Shown here: piece by piece, positions 40,022 through 53,400 of the stretch | Layout of the letters: every line of letters begins with the position of its first letter | How positions within the stretch are numbered: the stretch's first letter is position 1 | NCBI GenBank assembly: GCA_030248215.1 | Contig: JASANG010002922.1 | Location: 186,001-250,000, forward strand | DNA: 64,000 bases | DNA from: Enoplolaimus lenunculus | Lineage: Eukaryota | Direction of reading: 5' to 3' | Position numbers and translations under genes: made by a program | The notes under the pieces: model-generated | What the model saw: only the letters and a program-made list of their open reading frames with translations | The model's database searches: none | What the model was told of the DNA's origin: nothing

Positions 40022-41093
40022 CTGTAGTGATCTGAATAAGAGGGGATTGACTGATATTTTATTTATTTCGCCTTTCACCTTTCCAAAGTGTACCCCCATC
40101 GTTGTTTGGCTTCTGAATATTATTTATTTTTGAACCCAGTTCAACGTTTTGGACAACAAACATTTAACTTAGCTTGGAATTTCCTATGGATTAAGATAGT
40201 TACATTATAGGAATATACTTTTAATTTAAAACTTGAGTAAGTGCTGCTAGTGAACCTAATTCTGTACTGTTGTGACCAGAATAAAAGGATCCCCTGTTGT
40301 TGTTCGGTTACGGACAGTTATTTATTTTTAACCCGTCCACTGCCGCACTTCGTTTCTGATATATCACTGGAAAAAATGGGGAGTCAAATTGACTCTCTGA
40401 GAAATAGGCTTTTCCTGACTACACAAACTGAGTCAAAATTCGACTCCGCCAGAGTCAAATTCGATTCACTGAATCGCTCAGTGAGGTGAATTTGACTTTG
40501 TCGGAGTCGAATTTGACTCAGTTCGTGTAGTCAGGAAAAGCCTATTACCAAGAGAGTCAATTTGATTCCCCATTTTTTACAGTGCAGTATAGCAACTATC
40601 CGTTTAATTAAACGTTTATTTGTCCTGTTTCAATAGTTTGAGCGATAATGCACCGTTATAATTTAGGAATATACTTTAAAAACTTAAGTATGCTTTAAAT
40701 TTTCGAACTCAACTTTAATTTGGTCGTGGAGTCTTTTATGCACTAAAATTTGGGATATTGGTCGTAGAGTTTTTTATGCACTAAAATTTGGGATAAGCGC
40801 ATAAATGACTCCAGGACCAAATAATCTGAGCTTGAAACATTTAAAGCGCATATACTTAAATTTTGAAAGTACATTCCTAAGTGTAAACCTTGCATTATCG
40901 CTCAAGCTTTATTGACACAAGGCAAATAATCGTTTAATTCAACGGATAATTGCACTACCAGATATACATCAGTAACGACGGGCGGCGGAGCGTGAGTTAA
41001 AATTAAATAACAGTCCGTAACCGAATAACAAGGGGGGTACCCTCTGGAGAGCCCAAATAAATATCAGCCCCTCTCTTATTCGGGTCGCTACAG
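40022..41093. mobile_element. Composite inverted arrangement of the CTGTAGTGACCC MITE, with a nested CACTG MITE at 40365-40584
   Basis: Forward left-arm sequence runs to ~40797, followed by the reverse complement of the same arm, ending CTTATTCGGGTCGCTACAG|TA. Confidence 0.7.
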
Positions 41094-41979
41094 TACTGAA
41101 CTTTATCCCGGAAACAATGACGCAACCAATGGATAATTGAAGTTCGTCACTAATAAGGAACTCAGCGACTCTTTTAACCTTTCCCTTTCATATTCGGGTA
41201 ACAGCAAAGCCTGAGCTTAAGCCTTATAACTCTAAATGTGGAAGAAAGTGTACAAGAGCGCCTTAACCTGTTTTTATTTGTCATTGAAACGTTCCATTAA
41301 ATTAACATAACATCATTTTAATGTGAATTAAGTTACTGAATTATGCGAACAGCAGTTTCGATGCCGCACCAAACAGGTGTGTTTCACACGTGTTTTTACA
41401 AGCCAAAATGCCGGAGTGAGTCAGATTTGTTCATAGACGCAGCAGGCAAAGGCGGGAACCGGCTCCCTCCAGAGGGTTATACTGCGCTCGTGATGGTTTC
41501 TCAACCACGGCGTATGTTACCCCGCCGTTGGTGGTCGCCGTCATTCGATACGCTTGCGGATCCAGAGGCAGGCGGAAGGCGCAGGCCTCCATCAGAATTT
41601 TTTGTGATAAAGTGGTAAGTCCTTACTTACAATTTCCAACCCTATCAAAAATTGGCACATATATAGCGTACAGTGAGAGTTTCGTTTCATGAAACCTTTG
41701 TTCCAGCTCGTCCCTCCCCACCGTCAGAAACTTCTAGATCCGCCGCTGGTTGGATAACTGTAGCAGCAATTCAGAAAATTTGCAGTGCTGTGTAAACTCC
41801 AATGAGTTGATTTCAGCTCAGAATGAGTTGAATCGCACAGTCTGAGTTAGGGCTAAAAGTTGATTTAACGCGATGTAAAAGTTAATTTGAATCTCCGTGT
41901 TCTCCAGGCTGCGATCATTTTTGCTAACATAGGGGATAAGGCTCATATATCATATAACACAAGAGTGTTACACTGAGTA

Positions 41980-42224
41980 CACTGTAAATTCCAATGAGTT
42001 GATTAATCAATTCAGCTAGCGAGTTGGTTATTTGTGAATAAATATCAGTAAACATTAACTCACTATGAGTTGATTCTCACTCTCAGTTGACTTGACTCTG
42101 GGTAGTTGATTATTAATTCTGAATGAGCTGAATCAACTCAAAAATCTGAGTTCTGATAGTCCTAACTCAGACTGAGGGATTTCACTCATTCTGAGTTAAA
42201 ACCAACTCACTGAAATTTACAGTG
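41980..42224. mobile_element. CACTG-ended MITE family B (TGAGTT-rich)
   Basis: CACTGTAAATTCCAATGAGTTG ... CAACTCACTGAAATTTACAGTG. Related copy at ~37838-38090 and a fragment at ~41787-41870. Confidence 0.8.
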
Positions 42225-43489
42225 ATACGTTTCGTTACAAAGGAATACCCTACGCTCGTTTTGATTTGATTTTGGGCAACCCAAATCCATTTACAAGAGG
42301 CTTTCAAATGTATATATACGATGAATAATGAGTATGTATGGTTTAGTAGTTGCTGTATAAACGGCTCAGATAATTACATTTTAAAAAGGCTAAACTCCTA
42401 CTCATAAAACAGGAACTGTAAAACTGCGATAGAGTCGAGCAATCACCCACCAGAGTTGTACGGCACGAATACATCGCGTGCCGGCTTCAGAGTCATCATC
42501 GACTTTTATGCTTTTGGTTCATATTCTAACGCGAACAATATGCTGAATTTCGAACTCACCATGACCTCGATCCAAAGTTATACTGGACATATCACCAACT
42601 GGTGATTAGGTGCTACACACATTTGAGAATATGGGCTTTTATACGAAAAGATGCCGCATTGCGAATAGCAAAAACTATTAAACTATAAATGTCGAAAATT
42701 TTCATACGCCGTATTAAAACCATAAAAGCATTTTAGATCTGTTTGTTTAGCTGTTTTGTATTGGTATATATGCAAACTGCTTGTAAAAAATTGAATTAAA
42801 TATATACCATTTAAAAAATAAAAAATATAGTCAAAGTGGTATTCGGTTACATGCGGCAAAACATGGTCAAATATCATGACACCAACGAAACATGCATGAG
42901 ACATGTCGATGGAACTTGTACTTTCATAGACCTTAAGCTTTCATATTTTGAAAATCAAATTGCTTGCATGAAATAAAAATTAAGAATCCTTTCAACGTAT
43001 TACTGTTGCGTAGATAGAATATTGGATTATAAATGACCAGTTAACATTTTGGTCAGCCATTTGTGTACATTTTTAGTTTAAAAGCAAATAAAAATAGCTT
43101 TAAAAGCAAAATTTATTTAATAAAAAGGTACTGGAATTGCTGTGAAGCGTATACATTTGCCGAGAAACGACCACAACACTCTCAAATCTGCTAGAAAAAC
43201 GGGCAGCAGGAACAGCTTCAAGGAAAACGGGCAGCAGGAGCAGCTTCAAAGGTTACATTGTAGCTGGAATAATGTAACTATTGACCAGGTTTGATCCTAA
43301 ATACGCTCTTCGTTACGTTTACTTTTAGTAGGCTTACACTTAGGTTTTGAAATAAGCTTATATACTATCGCTCCGGCTCTGTTCTATAGTTGGGCCCTAT
43401 CTGGAAAAGTGAGAACACGACTGTACTCGGGACACCTTGAAGCCTCCATTTTTGCGTAAGAAATATAACAGCTTCAAAGTTTACGTTGT

Positions 43490-44437
43490 CTCACGGAAAA
43501 TAAGACAGATTGGAATGCATAGATGCCTTTTTTTCTTTTAACAGTGGAAATCGTGAATGGTTGCCACTTATACCGTCGTCATTGTAACCAAAGCAAAATT
43601 TCTCGAAAACAGCAATTGTCATTGGTACAGTTTCAGTGCCAAGTAGGAAATGACCTACGTACAGCTGGCAAACAGCCAAAAGCACGCAAACGGGGGCGTC
43701 CTTCGAATGAAAGCAGTGTTGTTGAGTCAGAACCTACAACTGGAAGAGGTAGGAAAGCGGTTACTCCTATGCCAACGGCTGGCGCAAGGTTTGACAACGT
43801 TGGTCATTTTCCGAAATTCCAAGAAAATAAAGGAAAATGTCGGTTAATATGTGCGCGAATTTCTGAACGGAAACCCGGTTACAGTCATATCCAATGCTCT
43901 AAATGCGGAGCTTATTTGTGTCTCGTCAAGGGTAAAAATTCCTTTACGGATTTTCATGCAAAATGAAATGTTACTGTATAAATTCGCTGCGTATTTTGAA
44001 ACGAATTCTTTTGCTTTGTGTTGCTGCTGTAGCTCGTTCTAAACTTATGAAGTGAAATTTTTATCATTTTAGGTGCGTTTATATTGAAAAATGACCTCTT
44101 GGGCTTTCGTTTACAGTGTTTTATCGGTGATCGTTCAAGTAATATGTAGCAAACATTGACTAAATTGTAGCACTAAATGAAATTCTCTGGCTCATTATTG
44201 GATAAATATAGGTATATTGGTTGATAATGCGACAATAAACGTTTGGTAGCATAATATGGCAAATTATTCCCAATTATGATCCATGCACAAAGTTGCTCTA
44301 GAGCAACTTTTTGAAATTGAATCATGTTGGAGTACAGCGTGCTGAGTTGGTTTGTTGTCATATTCTGATGTTACACGTCATATTACTAACGAATATTAAA
44401 TTTTCTATTGCCTATTTAGAATTCATGAGCGAAAGGG
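43490..44437 (+). mobile_element. 5'-truncated piggyBac element: transposase C-terminus plus right end
   Basis: ORF 43523-43966 encodes ..EIVNGCHLYRR.., ARFDNVGHFP and the Cys-rich tail KCRLIC..QCSKCGAYLCL..NSFTDFH, typical of piggyBac/PGBD transposases. It ends ATTCATGAGCGAAAGGG|TTAA at 44437. Confidence 0.85.
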
Positions 44438-44911
44438 TTAAAGTAATTCTGAACGAAGTAAAAAAACAAATTGATACTCAAAGAATAAAAAATAAACTCA
44501 TATCCAACCTAAACTTCACTAAGAGCTTATTAAACCAAAGCATACACCTTTACTTAACGCTAGGATTCTATTGTTTTGTAGGTCTCAATAGAACTTCTTC
44601 ACCAACAAATGATTGATCTTGCCAGAAACTTGAAAAATGACACAATTTTGAGCTGTCTTGTGTGCTTATGTGAAATAATATAGCTAGTAGCGTGCGAGTC
44701 TAAAGTTATGGATAAAAATTTTCATCCAACTTGAGCAAAAATCACCACGTACGTATATCTTAATGTAATTTCTGTAAGACTTCGAGTGCCCGTGTGGAAG
44801 TAAACAATTTTGTTGTGAAACAGTGTAAACGAAGCGTGTCAGGTGTGGAGATGTAACATGTTGGTACTAACGGTCTGCACGACCCCTGTTTGAAGTTTTG
44901 CCGATAGTTAA

Positions 44912-44983
44912 TTACCACGCCGGGAATCGAACCTCGGCCCTCTTGCGCTCGAGCCAAGCATGCTACCACTACACTACGCGGTC
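44912..44983 (-). pseudogene. tRNA-like sequence (anticodon position CGA, short variable loop); tRNA pseudogene or SINE-like head, copy 1
   Basis: GACCGCGTAGTGTAGTGGTAGCATGCTTGGCTCGAGCGCAAGAGGGCCGAGGTTCGATTCCCGGCGTGGTAA; A and B boxes present, T-stem mismatched. Confidence 0.65.
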
Positions 44984-45215
44984 ATTGCAACAACTTCTTG
45001 TACCGGTATATGTGCACAGGCATGGCAACATTTGCTTTACATACAGTTACGTGCACACATACCGATATCCCTCTTTTTACAGGTGGTCGTCCCGGACCGT
45101 GAATCCAACTACCTGAATTCATGGGCTTGCTGTTTACAGTGCCCGTCTCGGTGGGAACTCCATGTTGGTACTATACGGTCTGCACGACCCCTGTTTGAAG
45201 TTTTGCCAAAGTTAA

Positions 45216-45287
45216 TGACCACACCGGGAATCGAACCTCGGCCCTCTTGCGCTCGAGCCAAGCATGCTACCACTACACTACGCGGTC
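45216..45287 (-). pseudogene. tRNA-like sequence, copy 2 (tandem duplicate, ~304 bp offset)
   Basis: 72-nt cloverleaf spacing; acceptor stem GACCGCG/TGTGGTC fully paired with two G-U pairs; one mismatch in the anticodon stem and two in the T stem; no T4 terminator immediately downstream. Confidence 0.65.
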
Positions 45288-45770
45288 ATTGCAACAACTT
45301 TATACCGGTATATGTGCACAGGCATGGCAACATTTGCTTGACATACACGTAAAAGATGTAATATACGTAAGAAACAAGATTCTGAAATACCTTCGATGTG
45401 CTCATCGAGTTGCTAGTTTCGTATGATGTATAAATAATAAAATCACGCATGCATTTAGTTTCATTTAGCTAACAAAAAATGTTGAAAATGGTTTTTCTCG
45501 ACAAACTGCATCCTACAAAACTATATTTAACGCATGACTAGAACAGATTCCGAACGCTAAGCGCAAATTAAAAACGATACTAAATCTGAACCTAACCGAA
45601 GTATTTTAGGGTTTGCTGTAAGTACGTTTACATCAACTTAAGGTCGACCTGACACAGCGTCGGATCTGTCATTTTCCAATGGGGAGAATACATTTTTTGT
45701 TTTAAAAGTTTATAGTTTTTAAGCATGCTGTACAGTCATGTACATATTTTAATAAATGAGTCTTTAACAT

Positions 45771-46177
45771 TGTGATTAGTTGGTTAGGCCAGGATACTAC
45801 GACCGTTTTCTGTGTTTGCAGCTGAAAATGAGGGCATTCGTATTCTTACGAGGTTGCGATTTCGTGACCGACAGATACGCAGTAAAGTGCGCTACCATTG
45901 AGCCACACCACCTCACAATCAGCTGCTGTATATATGCGCAATATGTAGATTATCCATCCAGCGCGCTAGCCACTGAGCCACGCCGCCTCACAATCAACTG
46001 CTGAGTTTTTCTGTGTTTATGCTTTATATGAACCTCAACATTATACACATGAATCTTGGGTCTTCCATGTTTTTACTGCTGCTGCATGTGAAGGCACTAC
46101 ATATGCAGTAGGAACTTTTACCGATGTGCAGCATCAGCATGAAGTTATTGCTTGTCTCTTTGCATCCGCCTGTCACA
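45771..46177. mobile_element. TGTGA...TCACA-bounded (solo-LTR-like) repeat with minus-strand tRNA-like remnants
   Basis: Diverged direct copy at 48690-48959 and an end fragment at ~49280-49359. Minus strand contains GGTGTGGCTCAATGGTAGCGCAC and GGCGTGGCTCAGTGGCTAGCGCGC. Confidence 0.55.
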
Positions 46178-46650
46178 TCCCCCGTTTTTTTTCTACAAGG
46201 TCGTCCCTTGACCGCCAACTTACGTCTTTTAACAGTATAACGAATGGGGTCAAAGTTGGTAGCCAATGTTATGTGATGGGCGTGTTTCGTCAGACTGGCC
46301 AAAGTTACCCCCCGCGGCAGGAACCCAGATAAATTAAGCATAATGCGAAATGTGCAATGGTGTTGGAGCATCCATGGTGCAACCGGAATTGATTAGAGTT
46401 CTGATTCAAAACGAGTTTTGATTTCGATTGCACATCAATCGAAATCAGAATTTTGAAATGTCATCAACATCTAAACCGACAAAACTGTTGTTTTCTTTCC
46501 AATCCGCTTTGCACCCGGTAGCACAGTCATAAAGAGAACTGTGTAGCCGTTTTTAATTATATACGTATGCCTATAACGTACCTTAATTCGTTTCCGATAA
46601 ATACTATAACGGTTAAAATAAGTCTTGCGCGAAATCGAAACTCCATCGTT

Positions 46651-48144
46651 ATGGTCCGAAATTATATTGCTGGACAGCGGGACAAACGAGCAGCGGGTTG
46701 CTCTTAAACAGTTCGGCAGCAGACGGACCAAGTCATTTCTCGAAAGACACTGCAGAATGCAATTGCAAAAGCTTCCAATTTGACCAAAAAATCTCCTGGA
46801 AGACAACACATATTTACCTTGGCGCTTAAAATTAAAATTGTCAAATGCTGCGAAACAGCTTCCGAGTGGGGGTACCCGCTATCGAAAATGGGCGTTAGGC
46901 AGTTTGCTAAAAATACTTGATAACGACGGCTGAGAAATCGGCAACGACACCCCAGGCCGAGACTGGACATGCTTTTTTGAAACGTCAAAAAAACGCATTG
47001 TCTGTGCGGATTTGTAATAATTTGAGCGGTGTCTGAGCCCGCCTATCGATTGAGGAGGTTATGGAGTTCATGGCGCGCTTTAAAAACACTTGTGACGGAA
47101 TCCCGCCACAGAATATTTTCAATTATGATGAAACCGCCATGGTTGATTCCCCAGGTTTGGAAAAACTTATTTTCTCCACCGCAGGATTAAATACCCGGAC
47201 CGCGTAATGATGCTACTAAATGTTCAACTGTACGGAATACGTATAGTTCTGTTTTGCAGAATCAACCGAGTACAAGTACTGAGAGTTAAAAGCAAATCGT
47301 TGATGCAAAAAAGGCGGATCAAAGCGATTCTCATCACAGCTCCATTGAAAATGTATTGGAATTGGAGATAGTGGATATTGAGGTAAATTATCAGCAGTAA
47401 TTAATCGGTATATGCACGCACTACATTTATGACTGGCTACGTACAAACCTATATTTACTTACAAAAACCTACGTATATAGACGAATACGTATATAACAGA
47501 CTAATATTGGTACTGGCTTCAACATGAAATAAATATTTCTAGGAAGAGGTATTTGGACTGATCATGAGATGCGTTGATGTTGTCTACGATCCGACCGATA
47601 TCACTTATTCAAAAGGTTTTGTAGCAGTCATATACCAGCCAATTAAAGCAGTGGCATCTCTAAATTGGTACGTAAGTATATGAACGATGTCCCTCGTTTT
47701 TAGAGTTACGTACTTATATGTATGAACGCGTAATCATTGTTTTCAGTTGTGATTAGTTTAGGCAGCCATCAGCTGCAGTAAAGGCTGTGTTTTACAGAGT
47801 ACGCGAGCGAAGCGCGCGGAGAACGTGAAAATTTTAAAATTAGTGTCCCCGCGCCTATATTCGTTAACGCAAGTACAACTTTTAGGTACCTTGGACGAGC
47901 TCAACGATACACAAAGCAAGATACGGTGACGGTTAAGTTTCTAAAATGCACTGACGTAGCAGCGAAAGTACAATACCGGTGGCATAAACGTGACGATATT
48001 TTAGACGTCCCATACAGCGATATATTGTGTGTCACAACCAAATGTTTGGCTATTTCAAGCTTGAACTCGGTCGATTTTGAATTAGAAAGCGGAGCAGCAA
48101 ATGAAATTGAATCTTATTTTGATCATAAGCGAGCAGAATGGTAA
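46651..48144 (+). pseudogene. Degraded pogo/Tigger (CENP-B HTH plus DDE) transposase
   Basis: Fragments MVRNY, PGRQHIFT, EWGYPLS, PGRDW and GIPPQNIFNYDET are interrupted by stops and frameshifts. The downstream piece TVKFLK..YRWHKRDDILDV resembles the C-terminus of such elements. Confidence 0.75.
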
Positions 48145-50405
48145 TCTGATAGATTACTACCCTTTCTGGACAAGTTTTAGCTGCGCATTTGACTGTTTTA
48201 AAAAAAGAGGGGTTGTATAAAACCATTGAAATTCACATGTTTTCCGGAAACGCTCACATTTTTGTATTTGTTTAAAACCTGCTTGTATGGACAACAGAAT
48301 AATTAATGAAACAAAGGTTGACGCCATAAATAATTTCCGATATATTTAGGTAAAATCATAGTTGCACTGTTATAGCTTTCTGAATTTCCTTGCTTAATTA
48401 TTTTGTTATGTTTGACTTTATTAAACTGTTTGAGATGGTGCGAGTTTCACTTTCTGGTACTTGTGAGAATTGTTTGCTGAAGACAGAGCGGGAAGGTCGT
48501 AAATTTTATACGTCTTAAAATATGCAACCTTCTATCTTTGAAACCATGCTCCGAAAGATCAACTGTTAAATTTCACTCCGATCCCGGCCATAGTCGCCCC
48601 ATAGAGGGGCGAATTTGGTCACTTGGTTTTGCGAGATATATTTTCATATGTATCGGCAGTTTGCCATTGCGGTCTCATCGTGGTCACCATGTGATAAGTT
48701 GGGTTGGCTAGGATATGACGGTTTTAGCTCTGAGTGCTCAGCAGCTGAAAATAAGGGGTGTTCCCAGGAGGTTTCAAACTCGGTGGACAGATTATCCGTC
48801 CAATATGCCTTATATGAACCTCAACATTATACACGTGTATCTTGGTTCTCCGTGTTTTTACCGGTTTTGCATATGAAGGCATTATATATGAATCAATATT
48901 TTACCGATGTGCAGCATTAGCATGAGGTTTCATGTTGCCTTCATCATCCGCATGTCACATTTTTGACTATGTGCTTAGTTGTATGCGTAAACATGCACTG
49001 GATACTGACTAGTGCAAGTGACGCTTTAATGAAAATTCTGCAACCCTCTGCTCCGAAAGTTCTCGCGGTGCGAAAGCGCCTCCCTTCTCGGTTGATGCCC
49101 CTCTCCATTCCGTCGCGACCCGGCGAATGCCCGGAAGCGATCGACCGGATTTCCGGTTCCAGTTTAATATCCGGCAAAAAAATCGGTATCCGGTTCCGGT
49201 ATCCTATATAAACCTACCGGATATTTGCATTTGGATTTCGTACCCGATGAAATTAATATCCGGTCAATCCCTAATGGACAGATATATGTGCCGTTTTGTG
49301 GTTCTACATATTTGTTATCTTTTCTTTGATGTACAGCATCAGCATGAGCTGGTGTCACAAAGACTAATTGATTCCGCTGAAGTCATGGAAGATTTTAAAT
49401 TTTTATGGGTGAATGACCGGTTTCCCTGGATCCCAGGTGTCCGCTGCCCCCCCCGAGATAAAAATAAGGCAGCAGCGAGAATCTGTCAGCGCACGAGAGT
49501 GAATACCATAGACAATACATGTTTTAGCTGCAGACATATTAAACCGTCGTATACTGTGGCTTACTGAATTTATCATTCAAGTCTGAATTTTTACCAATGA
49601 ACTATTACAGTTAAGCTTAGTTTTCCACCACAGTAGCGAGATTTCCTCTGTGCGGGATTCTAGGTTGGCCGATTCCTCCGACAAGGTTTGTGCCAAGGAT
49701 ACTACTGAGTTTTTTGAGGCCCGCCTGATTTTTGACCGTATAAAAATAATTTTACTAAAGGCTTTGTTTTCACTTTTGAGTGCACAATACGAGGTCGTGA
49801 GGCCGTTAGGGCTGGTACGGTGGGAAGCATTGCTGGCGCCAATGTGTACCAGGTGATGTTGAAACATGTATACGTACGTCACGTATGCGGCGATATTCTG
49901 ATGTAACATATTTTAGACGATGGCAAGACCAACAAAAAGCTGTATAGCGTGTAGATAGGCTTCTATGACATATGACACACAAAAATCGTGTGAATGTGTG
50001 CGATGTGAAAGTCTTGTTTACTTGTTAATTTGATTACTATGATCAGTTTCACAGGTTCTAAGTTTGAACAGTATTACTTTGGCATTTTAGGTTTCGAAGC
50101 ACAATATTTTTCTGTACGTAGCCGCGGTACCATCTGGCTCTGGCTTTGGGATATCTATATAGAGTGCATAGTTTTCGGAAGCCGCGCGAGCCAGAAGCTT
50201 GACGCATTGTGTAAATTCGTTTTAAAAATTTTAGATTATGTTGGTTTTGGTTATGGTTCCATCTGTTGAATTCTCACAGTAGGTTATAATAATGGTTTTA
50301 TTCAGAATTCCAAAGTACAACTTTGCTTCTGTCTGGATACGTTACTAACGCTCATGTAATGCATAGCGTGGTTTTAGCTTACAGAAACTGTAACTTGGAG
50401 TAGTT

Positions 50406-53400
50406 ATGGAACGAAAACGATTACAGAATGTTTGTTTGAAATACATTATTATGATTTTAAATGTTGTTTTTCTGGTAAGTCTATTTAATGCGCTAACGTC
50501 TGGGGCCCACAGTTTATTGACAGTGCAGTGAAGCCGATGCAAAAATTGTTGCACAGTTAATGCAATTTAGCCTTAATTATAACTTTGAACCGCATGAGTC
50601 TTGAACTGTACAGTTACAAATTTGTATATAAATCGCAAAGCATTCCTTCAAAGCATATATCAAATCTGCTGGTTCCTGATTATCTACAGCTCGAATTGTG
50701 TTTTTAGTGGGAATTAGATAGAAATTGGGTTTTAAAGTGGGATCATAAACGCACGCCCGTGGCTTATACTTCAAAATACGACCAAGCACCAAACACTACT
50801 ATACGTAGTACATACTACCCTTTTAGCCGATTTTCTAAGTATTGAGTAGTCACCTGAGCAAGGTGGTGATCATTGATTATCCTGTCCAGTGTACTTTGAG
50901 TGTTTACGGCCACACATTTTATTGTTAAAATGTTTTACCTTGCAGAATTTATTAAAGATTTCTAACCTTGCATTATCTGTGTCAGAAAGCTAACGGTTAC
51001 GCTATATATATATTTTGGCAATTTTATTGCCTCCAGGCTAGGCATCGTCCAGTAGCTTGCGGCATCCTATGGGAAATGCCCACACAAGATTGTAATTAGT
51101 GCAATATTTTTTGAGTTGCTGTCCCGCAGCAGCATTTGATGTTACAAACGTTTTTTTAGATCGTTGGCTTTATACTGATGATAGTCGGTATTGCGACGCA
51201 AGTTCACTATCACAATTATGTCAGTTTCCTTGGAACAAATCTGTTCAAACTTCCGTTATTTTTAATCTTGTCTGGTCTGTTCATTGCTCTGATCGGCCTT
51301 ATTGGTTGCTGTGGTGCCATACGTGAAAATTATTGTCTCATAATAACGGTTAGTATTGTATTCTTATTCTGCCGGCTTTATGGTACGGCTGTCATGACTT
51401 TTAGATATCGAGAATTTTAAATCAAAACGGGGTATGGGTGTTTGGGAAACGTCTCATGTTTTCACGAAAGGAATCCATATTTAGCTCATATAAAAATCCT
51501 CTGAACGTGGTTCATGTCAAAACAGCAGCTGATTCGGTGGTCTTGTAAATTTCGAGATAAAGATTATCTAGTGGTCCTGTTGAAGTGTTGAAGTTATTGT
51601 AGTATGAACAGCATTTCTGCGTTTGCTTCATTGTTCGCTGATGTGCGATTTTGTTTAATATAAAAAATTGTATTGCAGTATTTCTAATTGGAGTAAGAAA
51701 TTGGAAAACGCTGAATTTTTAAGCACGACGGAGATAGGGAGTCCCGTACTCTGCCTCAAAAAATATCGGTTTCGGGTTTTAGCCGAGACCGCACTCTGTC
51801 ATAGATTTAATACGTAGTTTTTGGCATTAGCCTATTATATTCATTTTATATATAATTACAAGGATGCTGTCTGCTTTGTTTCAGTATACCGTTCTTTTGT
51901 TTATCTGCTTTATTGTCGAATGCGGGATGTTTATTGTTGCTTTCTTTTTGCGATCAGAGGTAAGTTGGGTGGGATTTATTTTCGTATTTGTTTACTTCGC
52001 CCCGCCCCGCAAAAAATTATCTTCACAAACATGACTGGATTAATCCAATAGACTGAGGCTTATGCGCAAGTTTAGATTTTCATCATTGACTGACGTGAAA
52101 TCAACCATCAATGGCTTATATTCCGAGTACAAATGGCTTTCAAAAGAGATTCTTAAAAATTAGCAAAGTTAAGAAAACGGCCAAATTGTAACACCAGAAT
52201 TTTTAAATCCGGTAAAAAATTACCGGAACCGGAACCGGAAGGTGAAAAAATGTCGGAACCGAAATTCCGGTTGCACCCTGAATCTAGTTGACATTTATGT
52301 GAGAAAACTACTTGGTTCTCTATGAATTATTGGCAACGGGTTTAGTGTTGGTTACTTTGTATACCACTTGTCGGCTGCACTATTTTCTAGCTTCACCTTC
52401 TATTATGTGCATTATTTTATTTATATATTACTTTCAGTCTATATGTGTGAAAGCCGGTTCAGGCTCGACTCAATGTATTTAGCTTAGCATAATATGCGAT
52501 GCTTCAGTCGAATTTGATAATACATACGTACATTGTTTCCGCGAATCAAATTTGTAATAATGTTCGTGTGCCGTTCTAGTACGAGGAATTATATATGTTT
52601 TCAACAGATTACTCACACGAAATTCAAATGTTAGGCGTTTGAATTGCTTGTATAAACTAATAGGAACATATATATACATGATGTACTATGCCATTCTTTA
52701 AGCAATTCTTTTTGTGATTGTCTCTAATAGGAGCGTGAGCGCCCCACCCACATCTGAGCTCTTCCACTCAACCTCCGTCATGTCCCCCAGTGGCGTTATA
52801 TATACCAGATAAATAGATATGTAACTAGCAACGATACATAGCTTTAAAACATAAGTTTTAAGGTACAAAAATTATTTCTTTTACTTTCACATATCACCTT
52901 CTTCAGCATCTCCCCCTTTTATAGTAGTGAAGAGGGGCTTCTGCCCCCCCCTGCATTATCCGGTAGCCTTGACTTTTGTTCCAGGTGACAAAACTAAGTA
53001 TACCAGTAAACGCAGCTTATTTTACTGAAAATTTCATAATTATAAAACTGTAACATTTTCTCGCAATTGGTTACAAAATTGCGAACTTTAAATTTAGCAT
53101 TAAATGTTTTAAATACGCACACAACATCTCCTGCTTAATCCCTGACCGAATATGGTGTTAGCAAGTTGCGTGCTTGCAAAGTATGTAACACTCATTTAGG
53201 TTTGTGGGAAATGAACTATGTAGTATTTTGCCACACGAAATGAGTAGTAAGTACATAGATACCAAACATGCAGTCAGCATAAGGAATTTTTGGCCCTTCA
53301 AATATTTTTACCGAGAAAAATTCCGATTTTATTTAGCTTAATTTCTAGTATTTCCAACTAAAATATTCTAACAAGCAGGTCCGCAAAAATTTCTTTGCCG

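Noticed and set aside
49520..49908. Possible solo LTR ending TGTAACA, with ORFs 49577-49909 and 49650-49856
   Set aside because: Single copy in the window, no defined second end or TSD, and the ORFs lack recognisable motifs.
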